A stretch of DNA of 64,000 bases from a virus. The notes under the pieces were generated by a model. The model was not told the origin of the DNA. It did no database searches and worked only from the letters and a program-made list of their open reading frames with translations. The stretch is taken from the IMG/VR virus record IMGVR_UViG_3300021090_000015, positions 1,782-65,781 of that record; one strand, written 5' to 3'. This document shows, in pieces, positions 9,104 to 16,789 of the stretch (within the stretch, counting starts at the first letter, position 1; each line of letters opens with the position of its first letter). Position numbers and translations under genes: made by a program.

Positions 9104-9164
9104 AATTGCCACCGCCCCACTCAAGGAGATCAACCACGAAGACCAGGGTGGAGCGGTGACAATT
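9104..9164 (+). ncRNA. Candidate structured RNA, copy 2
   Basis: AATTG-C-CACCGC-C-CCAC / GTGG-A-GCGGTG-A-CAATT stem around the same loop. Confidence 0.55.
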
Positions 9165-9196
9165 TTATTTTACGATGAAAGGAGATCAACTACAAG

Positions 9197-9415
9197 ATGG
9201 CAAACCAGTATTGGTTCCAGGTTCGATTGACGCCAATGGGAAAGCACTATGTGGAGATCATGGATGGCTTCACACTCGTTGGTGTTAGTCGAAAAACTTA
9301 TCCGAGCGGCGAAGCTGCAATCCATGACATGCAGGAAGCGCTCGAACTTCGCAGGCTGGCTGATGCGATCATCCAGGTCGATCCGCCAGCCTTTACACAT
9401 TCAGTGCAGGTATAG
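9197..9415 (+). CDS. Hypothetical early protein
   Basis: RBS AGGAGATCAAC; 72 aa. Confidence 0.55.
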   Translation: MANQYWFQVRLTPMGKHYVEIMDGFTLVGVSRKTYPSGEAAIHDMQEALELRRLADAIIQVDPPAFTHSVQV

Positions 9416-9432
9416 AAAAAGGAGAAACCACA

Positions 9433-10353
9433 ATGAGTAACAAAAACAAATTTCTTGCAATGGGCGCGTTCTATCTTCTGATCGGCGTGCTCCTGTTCTA
9501 TGCGGCAAGCCGGACCCTGCATTTTGTGCAGGGTGTGATGGCAAATTCAACCTGGGGATATCTCTTTCTCTTCGCGACCGGCGTCGGTGCAGTGATCTGG
9601 TTGTATGTGTATCTCACGTATGCCCAGGGCGCGAAGCAGCGAGGCATCTCATTTGTGATGGGATTGCTCGATCTGATTGGAGAGCTGGCGCTGGTATACG
9701 CAGACACGATCTATGTCGGTGACCAGGCCGGACTGGTGAAGATGACCAGCGATGAAATGCAATTGTTCATCGTGGTGAGTGTGGTCATGGTCGGCGTCAA
9801 CATCTTCGCCGGATATCTTTTCAAATTGTGGGACCTGAAAGCTGAGCAGGATCAACAAGCGCAGGACCTGGTTGATCATGTAACCGATGCGACGATGAAG
9901 CATTTGAACACGCCGGAAGTTAAAGCGCAGATGGTGAATGAGCTGCTACCCGTTTTGAAGGACTCGATCTCATTGCGTGTGCAGGAAGAGATCTTCTCGC
10001 GTGCAAGCGGCGGGCGCGGACTCGATGCGCGGTCGATGGGCTGGCCGGTGGATGAAAAGCCAATCGAGAAGAAAGAGCAGGAAGTGCCTTTTTTATCGAG
10101 CCTGGCACAGCGTTTTGGATTGGCGAAAAAAGATCAGGTGCCGCAGATGAATCACCAGGTGGCATGGATCGTCAGGCAGGATGGCAAACGCCATCGCATC
10201 TTCTGCATGATCTGCCAGCGCGAGGGAAAGCCGTGGTTCACCGACGAGCCATGCGAGCACGTTTTGAACGCAGATCCGGAACCGGCCACGATCGAGATGC
10301 TGGCAACTGGTTTAAGGGACGCTTTCAGGGGCTCAGAAGAAAAAAGCTCGTGA
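9433..10353 (+). CDS. Multi-pass membrane early protein (homolog 47143..48075)
   Basis: About 4 TM segments, then a soluble domain with C-x2-C motif; strongly similar to the unit C copy. Confidence 0.75.
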   Translation: MSNKNKFLAMGAFYLLIGVLLFYAASRTLHFVQGVMANSTWGYLFLFATGVGAVIWLYVYLTYAQGAKQRGISFVMGLLDLIGELALVYADTIYVGDQAGLVKMTSDEMQLFIVVSVVMVGVNIFAGYLFKLWDLKAEQDQQAQDLVDHVTDATMKHLNTPEVKAQMVNELLPVLKDSISLRVQEEIFSRASGGRGLDARSMGWPVDEKPIEKKEQEVPFLSSLAQRFGLAKKDQVPQMNHQVAWIVRQDGKRHRIFCMICQREGKPWFTDEPCEHVLNADPEPATIEMLATGLRDAFRGSEEKSS

Positions 10354-10463
10354 AGAATTGCCATGTTTGCGGCGAAAAATTCACCACCACCTTCCCCAAT
10401 AAGCTCACGTGCTGTGATGCGTGCCGGCAGAAAAAGAGCCGGATGTCACGGAACGTGCTGTGA
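10350..10463 (+). CDS. Small Cys-rich protein (homolog 48072..48185)
   Basis: GTG overlaps upstream stop; CHVC..F.TTFP.K.TC. Confidence 0.5.
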   Translation: MKNCHVCGEKFTTTFPNKLTCCDACRQKKSRMSRNVL

Positions 10464-10519
10464 CATTTACCGTTCCGCGTGGGTACACGCCCACCCGGAA
10501 AGGTAAATCAGGAGAACAA

Positions 10520-11299
10520 ATGCACAGTAGTCAATTCGAAAATCCCCTTAGTTTATTGAGGCAGTTGAAAGGTGCTCCGATCTCTGTCCTTTTGGCTTGT
10601 TACTGGGTTCGCCAAGCCGTCTCCCATCACTGGCTGGCGGAGCAGACTGGATACAGTGATTATGCAGTTACCAGGGCGCTTGCTTATTTGACAGAGCAAA
10701 ATTTCTTAGCACGTGTCACCGGTGGGTGGATGATCACGGTAGATGCCATTCAATTGCCACTAATGGCGGTGCTTCCTACTGGGGAAGATTTCGACAGTCT
10801 TGGATCGAAAATCGCGTTTTCCGCGATTTTCGATCCTGATGTTGTTGTTAATGATGAATCAGAAGAGAGTCAAAAAAATAAGTCAACATCATTAACAAAC
10901 AGAGCCAAAAATCGCGTAAAACGCGATTTTCAAAACAAGATTGTATCCGTTCAGACCATCGTGAAGGATCCGGACGAGACCAAGGCGTGCCTGGCGGCGC
11001 TGCGTGCGGCGGGGATCCATGGTCAGAAGGCTGAGAAGATCGCCCAGGACCATCACATCACGGTCGAGGATATCCATGCGCATGCGCTGGGTGTGCAAAA
11101 TGAGTTATGGGATAACCCGCAGGGCATGATGATCTATCGGCTGCTCAATCACGTACCGCCGCCCGAGATGCAGGAGAATGGTCACGTAGTGGGGTGCAGG
11201 TGCGAAGAGTGTCAGCTTTCGAGTTTGGGCAGGCGCTATAGCAACAGTAAGTTTGATCAGATTCTGCGCGGGTCAGACGATGAAAGCGAGGAAGCATGA
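10520..11299 (+). CDS. Putative replication initiator (N-terminal wHTH)
   Basis: HTH-like N-terminus, internal palindromic repeats, C-terminal ENGH..C.CE.C shared with 48684..49652. Confidence 0.6.
   Translation: MHSSQFENPLSLLRQLKGAPISVLLACYWVRQAVSHHWLAEQTGYSDYAVTRALAYLTEQNFLARVTGGWMITVDAIQLPLMAVLPTGEDFDSLGSKIAFSAIFDPDVVVNDESEESQKNKSTSLTNRAKNRVKRDFQNKIVSVQTIVKDPDETKACLAALRAAGIHGQKAEKIAQDHHITVEDIHAHALGVQNELWDNPQGMMIYRLLNHVPPPEMQENGHVVGCRCEECQLSSLGRRYSNSKFDQILRGSDDESEEA
10802..10930. repeat. Putative origin: two AAAATCGCG palindromes flanking an AT-rich inverted repeat
   Basis: GGATCGAAAATCGCG-5-CGCGATTTTCGATCC and AAAATCGCGT-3-ACGCGATTTT inside the rep-like gene. Confidence 0.55.
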
Positions 11300-11688
11300 A
11301 AAAAGTAACTCTGTTTTTGCTCGTGTTGATCGTGACGAGTCTGGCGTGTTTGACGACTGCAGAGCCGATGGCGACGTATCCTCCGGATCCGACAGAAGTG
11401 ATATCACTGCATCCGAAGATAGCGGACACTGCGACGAGTCGTCCGGTGACGGAGATGGCCGTCACGCCGGCGCCGGTTTGTGCGGTGGTGATCGCGGTCA
11501 AAGCTGTGCACCTGCGCATCGATGCGAATGAGCATGCGCAAATTTTGACCTGGCTGCTGAGTGGGGATGTGGTGCGGGTGATCAACACGTCGAATGCGGC
11601 CTGGTGGAAGATCGAACACGATGGATTGACCGGATATGTACGGTCGATGTATCTCGAGAAAGGAGATTGCGAAAATGAAAACCCGTAG
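11296..11688 (+). CDS. SH3b-domain lipoprotein (homolog 48264..48653)
   Basis: Signal peptide ending LAC; C-terminal LR...I...L..GD.V.V...WW.I...G..GYVRSMYL. Confidence 0.75.
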   Translation: MKKVTLFLLVLIVTSLACLTTAEPMATYPPDPTEVISLHPKIADTATSRPVTEMAVTPAPVCAVVIAVKAVHLRIDANEHAQILTWLLSGDVVRVINTSNAAWWKIEHDGLTGYVRSMYLEKGDCENENP

Positions 11689-11899
11689 TGTGGTGCTCAC
11701 GCGTGCTCACCGCCTGGCGAAGAGGCCGGTGGAGGATATGCTGAGCATCTTATTGAGTTTCGGATCACGCATAGACTTGCGTGTGCTGGGGGCAGGGCTG
11801 GCGATCTGCAGGACGCGAGGGGCGAAGGCGAAGGCGAGGATACTGGCGCGCAAGATCAGGCAGATGAGGCAGCAGGCCAGTAAGCATGAAAAGCGATAG
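11675..11899 (+). CDS. Basic hypothetical protein (homolog 50032..50283)
   Basis: RAHRLA..P...DLRVLGAG.AICR shared. Confidence 0.65.
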   Translation: MKTRSVVLTRAHRLAKRPVEDMLSILLSFGSRIDLRVLGAGLAICRTRGAKAKARILARKIRQMRQQASKHEKR

Positions 11900-11939
11900 G
11901 TAAAAGTTTCACGAAGAAAAAATCAGGAAAGAGGACAGC

Positions 11940-12116
11940 ATGTTTAGAAAAATATTTGACTTCAATCAAACCATCAGGAACATTTCCTTCCGGGAAATGC
12001 AGGCACGCCTTGACAGGGATCGGCGACAGTCGGATCGGTTCTTCAAAGTTTTGCTTTGGGTGGCCGTGTATGGAATGGCTGCCCTGGTCGTTGCCAGATT
12101 GCTGATGAGCAGATAA
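11940..12116 (+). CDS. Small protein with C-terminal TM helix
   Basis: 58 aa, GAGG RBS. Confidence 0.45.
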   Translation: MFRKIFDFNQTIRNISFREMQARLDRDRRQSDRFFKVLLWVAVYGMAALVVARLLMSR

Positions 12117-12179
12117 CGAAGGCTTTTACCACCAAGTGTCACCAAGGATCACGAAGGAAAAATCAAGAAAGGATTTGCG

Positions 12180-12410
12180 ATGCATGACATACCGACATTT
12201 CACTTCATACCCGAGATGGTCCATTTGCTGATGTGGTTCGATGATGTACCTGATGCGGGCGATCCGGCGTGCATTTGTTCGCTGTGCAAAAAGGTCATCG
12301 TGAAAGGGGAGATGCCGCTGCGGATATTCCGCACCAGGGATCATACCGAGATCCGCCTGCACATCTCGTGCGCGAACAAGATCATTGTGGAATTGGCGGT
12401 GAAACCATGA
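12180..12410 (+). CDS. Small Cys/His protein
   Basis: CSLC...LH..C motif. Confidence 0.5.
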   Translation: MHDIPTFHFIPEMVHLLMWFDDVPDAGDPACICSLCKKVIVKGEMPLRIFRTRDHTEIRLHISCANKIIVELAVKP

Positions 12411-12712
12411 ACATCAAATTAACAACGATCCTGCAGAGGCAATTGGATCAGGCCAGGAAGAGCGCAGGCAGGACGATCGTCACCACGCTGGGCAGGGGAT
12501 TACGCATCGAGATCAAAACTGTCCCGGGTGAAATCCATCTGACGTTGAGACGGGAAGGGAATTACCCAAGCCTGACTGAATGGGATACGGTGACGAAACA
12601 TTTTCCGTTCATCCTGGTGCGCGTCATGCCGACACTGGAACAAAGGGGGAATGATTTCACGTTGAGCGCACGCTTCAGCGACACCCCGGATCAAGGTCAA
12701 ACCGATGGTTAG
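12407..12712 (+). CDS. Hypothetical early protein
   Basis: Coupled by ATGA overlap. Confidence 0.5.
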   Translation: MNIKLTTILQRQLDQARKSAGRTIVTTLGRGLRIEIKTVPGEIHLTLRREGNYPSLTEWDTVTKHFPFILVRVMPTLEQRGNDFTLSARFSDTPDQGQTDG

Positions 12713-13205
12713 AACCAGCTTCCGGCTGCGCGTGAGCCGATTTTTTCAGGGTCACGAAAATCCGCCAGTGGTAAGACGTTTTACCACCCCAAGGAACGAT
12801 GCGATGTGTAAATTCAATCCCACGCTACCCGAATTCCGAAAATGGTCTTATTTGCCCACAGGAAGCCCCATGCTGATTATGTCCAAACTCATCCATGAAC
12901 CGAAAGACTTACATTCCAACGCACCGCGGCGGCTGGTGGCTGCCTGGCGCAGGGTGGGATGCAGTGATCGAAAGCTCGCAACTCTGCTCAAAGTGAACCA
13001 TTCTTATGTGTCTCAGTTGTTATGGCGCGGGATCGAGCCGGGGAATCCGGAGATCCGCGTGAAGTTATTTCTTCCGAGGAAGAAGCGCGTGCCGCGTGAG
13101 CCGAAGGTGGAGGAGTTCCCAGGGCAAAAGCGGATCGTCAAGATCATCCGATCGATGCACAGGGAAACGACGCGCACTTTCAAACGATGGAAGAGCGGAG
13201 GTTGA
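12705..13205 (+). CDS. XRE/Cro-like HTH protein (start may be 12870 or 12879)
   Basis: SDRKLATLLKVNHSYVSQLL; stop lies 1 nt before the intI start. Confidence 0.55.
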   Translation: MVRTSFRLRVSRFFQGHENPPVVRRFTTPRNDAMCKFNPTLPEFRKWSYLPTGSPMLIMSKLIHEPKDLHSNAPRRLVAAWRRVGCSDRKLATLLKVNHSYVSQLLWRGIEPGNPEIRVKLFLPRKKRVPREPKVEEFPGQKRIVKIIRSMHRETTRTFKRWKSGG

Positions 13206-13206
13206 T

Positions 13207-14196
13207 GTGGCTGAAAAGAAATTACTCGAGCAAATGGCTGAGAAGATTCGCGTGAAGCATTACAGTCTGAAAACAGAGACTGCTTATGTGGAATGGGCGC
13301 GCCGATATATTTTTTTCCATGGGAAGAGACATCCACGTGAGATGGGGAAAGGTGAGATCGAAGCGTATCTGAACCATCTGGCGAATGTGGGGCGGGTGAG
13401 CGCATCCACGCAAAACCAATGTTTGTATGCTTTGTTGTTTTTATACCGGGAGGTGCTGGGGATCGAGATTGCGAAAGTTGAATCCATCCGTGCGAAGGAA
13501 GGAAAGCATTTGCCGACCGTGTTGAATTATGACGACACTGCCCGCGTGTTGAACTGTGTGGACGGTGAGGTTTTCAATCTCATGGCACGATTGCTGTATG
13601 GCGCTGGAATGCGATTGAGCGAATGTCAGCAATTGCGGATCAAGGATATTGATTTTGGGATGGGAACCATCATGGTGCGCGGAGGCAAGGGGAATAAGGA
13701 CCGCACAGTTCCATTGCCAAAGACTCTGGTCAAGGCATTGATGGATCAGATGAATATTGCCCGAAGTTTTTGGAACATCGATAGACAACGCGGGATGCCC
13801 GGTGTTTTCGTGCCAAATGCACTGGACGTGAAATATCCGAATATCGGATGTGATTGGGGTTGGTTCTGGGTGTTCCCGGCACAGAATTATAGTGTCGATC
13901 CTGTAAGAAAGATTCGGCGCAGGCATCATCAGCATGAGAGCGAGTTGCAGCGTGCAATTCGCTCTGCGGCAATCAAAGCAGGAGTTGCTCAACGCGTATC
14001 CCCGCATACCTTTCGTCATTGCTTTGCAACTCATCTACTCTGGAAAGGATACGACATCCGTACTGTGCAGGATTTGATGGGGCATAATAGCATCAAGACC
14101 ACGATGGTATATTTGCATCTTCTCCACCCAGGGGGATGGAAGGGTGTGGAAAGTCCGCTGGATAATATGCCAGTGGAGAATGTTATCCATCAATAG
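13207..14196 (+). CDS. intI: Integron integrase
   Basis: N-terminal HYS..TE.AY..W.RRYI.FH..RHP...STQNQ...ALLFLY; YGAGMRLSE, GGKG.KDR, HTFRH, LMGH, TMVY; IntI-specific insertion PNAL..KYP...W.W.WVFP...RRHH; GTG start with GGAGG RBS. Confidence 0.93.
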   Translation: MAEKKLLEQMAEKIRVKHYSLKTETAYVEWARRYIFFHGKRHPREMGKGEIEAYLNHLANVGRVSASTQNQCLYALLFLYREVLGIEIAKVESIRAKEGKHLPTVLNYDDTARVLNCVDGEVFNLMARLLYGAGMRLSECQQLRIKDIDFGMGTIMVRGGKGNKDRTVPLPKTLVKALMDQMNIARSFWNIDRQRGMPGVFVPNALDVKYPNIGCDWGWFWVFPAQNYSVDPVRKIRRRHHQHESELQRAIRSAAIKAGVAQRVSPHTFRHCFATHLLWKGYDIRTVQDLMGHNSIKTTMVYLHLLHPGGWKGVESPLDNMPVENVIHQ

Positions 14197-14216
14197 ATGG
14201 ATAAGGATAGTTCGTC
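14183..14216 (+). other. Candidate attI region
   Basis: Perfect inverted repeat TTATCCATC-AATA-GATGGATAA over the intI stop, then first core G|TTCGTC at 14210. Confidence 0.35.
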
Positions 14217-14313
14217 GGACGCTGCGCTCCCCCAAAGTGCGGGGGGCTTGGTCCGACGAATGGGCGAGCGTGAAACGTTGTAGTTCGGCTCTTTGATAGA
14301 AAAGGAGATTAGC

Positions 14314-14571
14314 ATGACAGACGATGAGAAAAAACAGTATGAACTTGCAAGACTAGGTATTGCAAGATTGATGGGTGATGCCAGCGAAGTTGATAAATGG
14401 GCAGAGAAAGTGAGCCAGACCCGCGCCGCCGAACTACAACGTGCAGCCGTCCAATCCGAGCAGAAATGCCCTTTCTGCGATGGTGATGGATACTGGCAAG
14501 AAGCGAATCAAACGTTTTGGTGCGATATGTGCAACGGGACGGGCATTTCTAAACGCTCGGATGGCGGCTGA
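14314..14571 (+). CDS. Cassette 1 ORF with C-terminal CxxCxGxG zinc ribbon
   Basis: AAGGAG RBS; CPFCDGDG...CDMCNGTG lies within attC1. Confidence 0.7.
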   Translation: MTDDEKKQYELARLGIARLMGDASEVDKWAEKVSQTRAAELQRAAVQSEQKCPFCDGDGYWQEANQTFWCDMCNGTGISKRSDGG

Positions 14572-14587
14572 CGCTCGCCCATTCTAC
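14428..14587 (+). repeat. attC1
   Basis: R'' GCCGAAC; arms CAGCCGTCC..ATCCGAGC / GCTCGGAT.GGCGGCTG; R' ATTCTAC. Confidence 0.75.
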
Positions 14588-14607
14588 GACTCTTGAAAGG
14601 AAAGGTT

Positions 14608-14841
14608 ATGAGCAAAGATGAATGGTATGAAAAACTTCGAGAATGGGCGCGCGAAGATGCACGGCTTGGCAAGTTGCCCTTTGCGCTGATGACACCATTG
14701 GCTGAACACCTTGCAAATTATGAAGCCGTAGAACAAAGCGTGCACTTGACGGGGCTTCGCCGTTGTCCCGCCTGCAAAGCCTTGCTCGAAGAAACGAGCG
14801 TCTATTGTGATAACTGCGGGACTGATACGCCCCGCAAGTAA
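14608..14841 (+). CDS. Cassette 2 ORF with C-terminal zinc ribbon
   Basis: CPAC-10-CDNC inside attC2. Confidence 0.7.
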   Translation: MSKDEWYEKLREWAREDARLGKLPFALMTPLAEHLANYEAVEQSVHLTGLRRCPACKALLEETSVYCDNCGTDTPRK

Positions 14842-14856
14842 CGCAAGCCGTTAGCC
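14728..14856 (+). repeat. attC2
   Basis: GTAGAAC-AAAGCGTGCACTTGACGGGGC ... GCCCCGCAAGTAACGCAAGCC-GTTAGCC. Confidence 0.85.
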
Positions 14857-14876
14857 CGCTCTTGAAAGGAAAATTT

Positions 14877-15170
14877 ATGACGAACGAAGAAGCATACAAT
14901 AAATTACTTGCCGAGCGTCCAGTGATTGTTTCGGTAATGTTGCGGGACAAACATCGTTATCACTACCCGGAGAGTTTAGCAGATGCAATCGCCGCATCCA
15001 GCGATCCGCCTGAGTTGGTGTCCCTCATTTTGCAGAGTGCAAAGCATATCTATCAGGGCGGGCTAACAAAGCGTGTAGCGGACTTGTGCGAAAAATGTGG
15101 CTCACCGTGGGAATCGTGGGACGAAATTGCCGCCCCTGATGTTTGCTCTATATGCGGCACAAGCCGCTAA
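14877..15170 (+). CDS. Cassette 3 ORF with C-terminal zinc ribbon
   Basis: CEKC-15-CSIC inside attC3. Confidence 0.7.
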   Translation: MTNEEAYNKLLAERPVIVSVMLRDKHRYHYPESLADAIAASSDPPELVSLILQSAKHIYQGGLTKRVADLCEKCGSPWESWDEIAAPDVCSICGTSR

Positions 15171-15185
15171 CGCGCCCCGTTGGGC
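15061..15185 (+). repeat. attC3
   Basis: GGCTAAC-AAAGCGTGTAGCGGACTTGTGC ... GCACAAGCCGCTAACGCGCCCC-GTTGGGC. Confidence 0.88.
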
Positions 15186-15233
15186 AGACTCGCCCAGAAA
15201 GCAGGTAATATGTTTGTCGAAATGGAGGATGAT

Positions 15234-15584
15234 ATGAGTGATCCACTTGCTGTCTTGCTTACGTGGTCATTTCCTGTGCGCGAAAAGGTTGCCAAAGCGC
15301 TTGAGCCTTTTTGTTATTTTACGGGTTTGCCACAATCAAAAACTCCCTCTGGCGAATTGAGATTTTATAACGCGATAGATAATTCTGATTTGCGAGATAA
15401 AGTTTTCAAGCTCGCTTATGCTACTCAATATGAGTTGGGTTTGCGTAAAGATCATCGTTTGCCAGAGTCGCAAGCAGAGAGTCTTGCAAATGATATTGCC
15501 GCCCAACACCGCTTTCACCAGACGGCAGGCGGGCGCGGCTCTAAAAAATCAAAATTGGTTGTGCCTGCCGCTGGTAAAGCATAA
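15234..15584 (+). CDS. Cassette 4 hypothetical protein
   Basis: GGAGG RBS; reads through attC4. Confidence 0.6.
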   Translation: MSDPLAVLLTWSFPVREKVAKALEPFCYFTGLPQSKTPSGELRFYNAIDNSDLRDKVFKLAYATQYELGLRKDHRLPESQAESLANDIAAQHRFHQTAGGRGSKKSKLVVPAAGKA

Positions 15585-15593
15585 CCATTCGGC
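15501..15593 (+). repeat. attC4
   Basis: GCCCAAC-ACCGCTTTCACCAGACGGCAGGC ... GCCTGCCGCTGGTAAAGCATAACC-ATTCGGC. Confidence 0.8.
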
Positions 15594-15605
15594 ATACAGG
15601 AAAAG

Positions 15606-16412
15606 ATGATCACTCGTCCGATAATGCGCTACCCCGGTGGAAAATACTCTCTGGCAAAATGGGTGATATCCCATTTCCCGGCCCATGAAACCTATGTTGA
15701 ATTATACGGTGGGGCTGCCAGTGTGCTCATGCGCAAGCCGCGTTCAATCGGAGAAGTCTATAACGACTTGAACGGAGATGTGGTGAATGTGTTCCGGGTG
15801 CTGCGCAATCACGAGCAGGCTGCCCAGCTAGCGATGATGTTGGCATTGACGCCATACGCCAACGAAGAATACCGTCTGGCATATGAGCCATGTGACGATC
15901 CAATTGAGCGGGCCCGCCGGATGATATTCCGCTCATTTGCTGGCCACGGATCAGATAGCGTCACCAGGTCACATGCTGGCTTTCGTGGCCATCGAAACAA
16001 AGAGAGTGGCGTAACCGCTGCCCAGGAATGGGCGAGTTTCCCCCGAGAAATAGCAGTATTCACCGCACGTCTGCAGGGTGTTTGCATCGAGCAACGGGAA
16101 GCAATAAAGCTCGTTCCTGTTTTTGATCGCCCTGACACTCTCTATTATGCTGATCCGCCCTATCTCATATCAACCAGGTCAAGCTCCAGCGTCAAATATA
16201 GTTGCGAGATGACCGACGCAGATCATGAACAGCTGGCAGACGTACTCCATCAAGTCAAAGGTATGGTCATTGTAAGCGGCTATCCATCCGAATTGTATGA
16301 TCGTCTTTACGTTGGCTGGCGTTGCATCCCACACGCCCACCGAGCGCAGAACGCCAAGCCCTCAACGGAGTGCCTTTGGTTATCTCCGAATTTTCAAACG
16401 ACATTGTTCTGA
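15606..16412 (+). CDS. Cassette 5: Dam-like (D12 class) N6-adenine DNA methyltransferase
   Basis: MRYPGGK, YVELYGGAASV, EVYND, YADPPY motifs. Confidence 0.88.
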   Translation: MITRPIMRYPGGKYSLAKWVISHFPAHETYVELYGGAASVLMRKPRSIGEVYNDLNGDVVNVFRVLRNHEQAAQLAMMLALTPYANEEYRLAYEPCDDPIERARRMIFRSFAGHGSDSVTRSHAGFRGHRNKESGVTAAQEWASFPREIAVFTARLQGVCIEQREAIKLVPVFDRPDTLYYADPPYLISTRSSSSVKYSCEMTDADHEQLADVLHQVKGMVIVSGYPSELYDRLYVGWRCIPHAHRAQNAKPSTECLWLSPNFQTTLF

Positions 16413-16413
16413 T

Positions 16414-16468
16414 GTCGAACACAGCACGAAGCGGACGAAGTACACGCCGCTTGTGCAAATCGTTGGAA
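16414..16468 (+). repeat. attC5 (short)
   Basis: GTCGAAC-ACAGCACGAAGCGG ... CCGCTTGTGCAAATC-GTTGGAA. Confidence 0.8.
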
Positions 16469-16479
16469 GGACTCTTGCA

Positions 16480-16647
16480 ATGAATGAAAATACTTTTGAT
16501 GGAATTACTTTTCACTCAGATAGTGAGCTAATAAACTTCTTGAAGCAATCGTATTATGCTCACAAATCCACTATTCGCGTTTTGGAAGTTGACCGCGATA
16601 AATATCGGTCCTTCCAACAAAGCGTGCACCCGACAAGGGGTACATGA
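16480..16647 (+). CDS. Cassette 6 hypothetical protein
   Basis: AT-rich 55-aa ORF ending within the left arm of attC6. Confidence 0.5.
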   Translation: MNENTFDGITFHSDSELINFLKQSYYAHKSTIRVLEVDRDKYRSFQQSVHPTRGT

Positions 16648-16760
16648 CACATGTTTTGATAGACGGTGACGAAGAGCGCACCTGTTGGTATTGCTATGAC
16701 TTTGAACCGTAGGGGCATTCTAAGCAGCCCCCGATCTGCTTATCGCGCGCCCCGTTGGGC
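16612..16760 (+). repeat. attC6 (degenerate right arm)
   Basis: TTCCAAC-AAAGCGTGCACCCGAC ... CGCGCGCCCC-GTTGGGC; inner arms pair poorly. Confidence 0.55.
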
Positions 16761-16789
16761 GTATAATTCCCTTAATTTAAGGAGATGCT

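Noticed and set aside
10330-10463. Programmed -1 fusion of the membrane protein to the small Cys ORF (also 48060-48185)
   Set aside because: Both are -1 frames, but there is no shared slippery heptamer; GTGA/CTGA coupled starts explain it more simply.
13096-13206. N-terminal extension of IntI
   Set aside because: It overlaps the upstream HTH gene; the GGAGG RBS and IntI homology start at GTG 13207.
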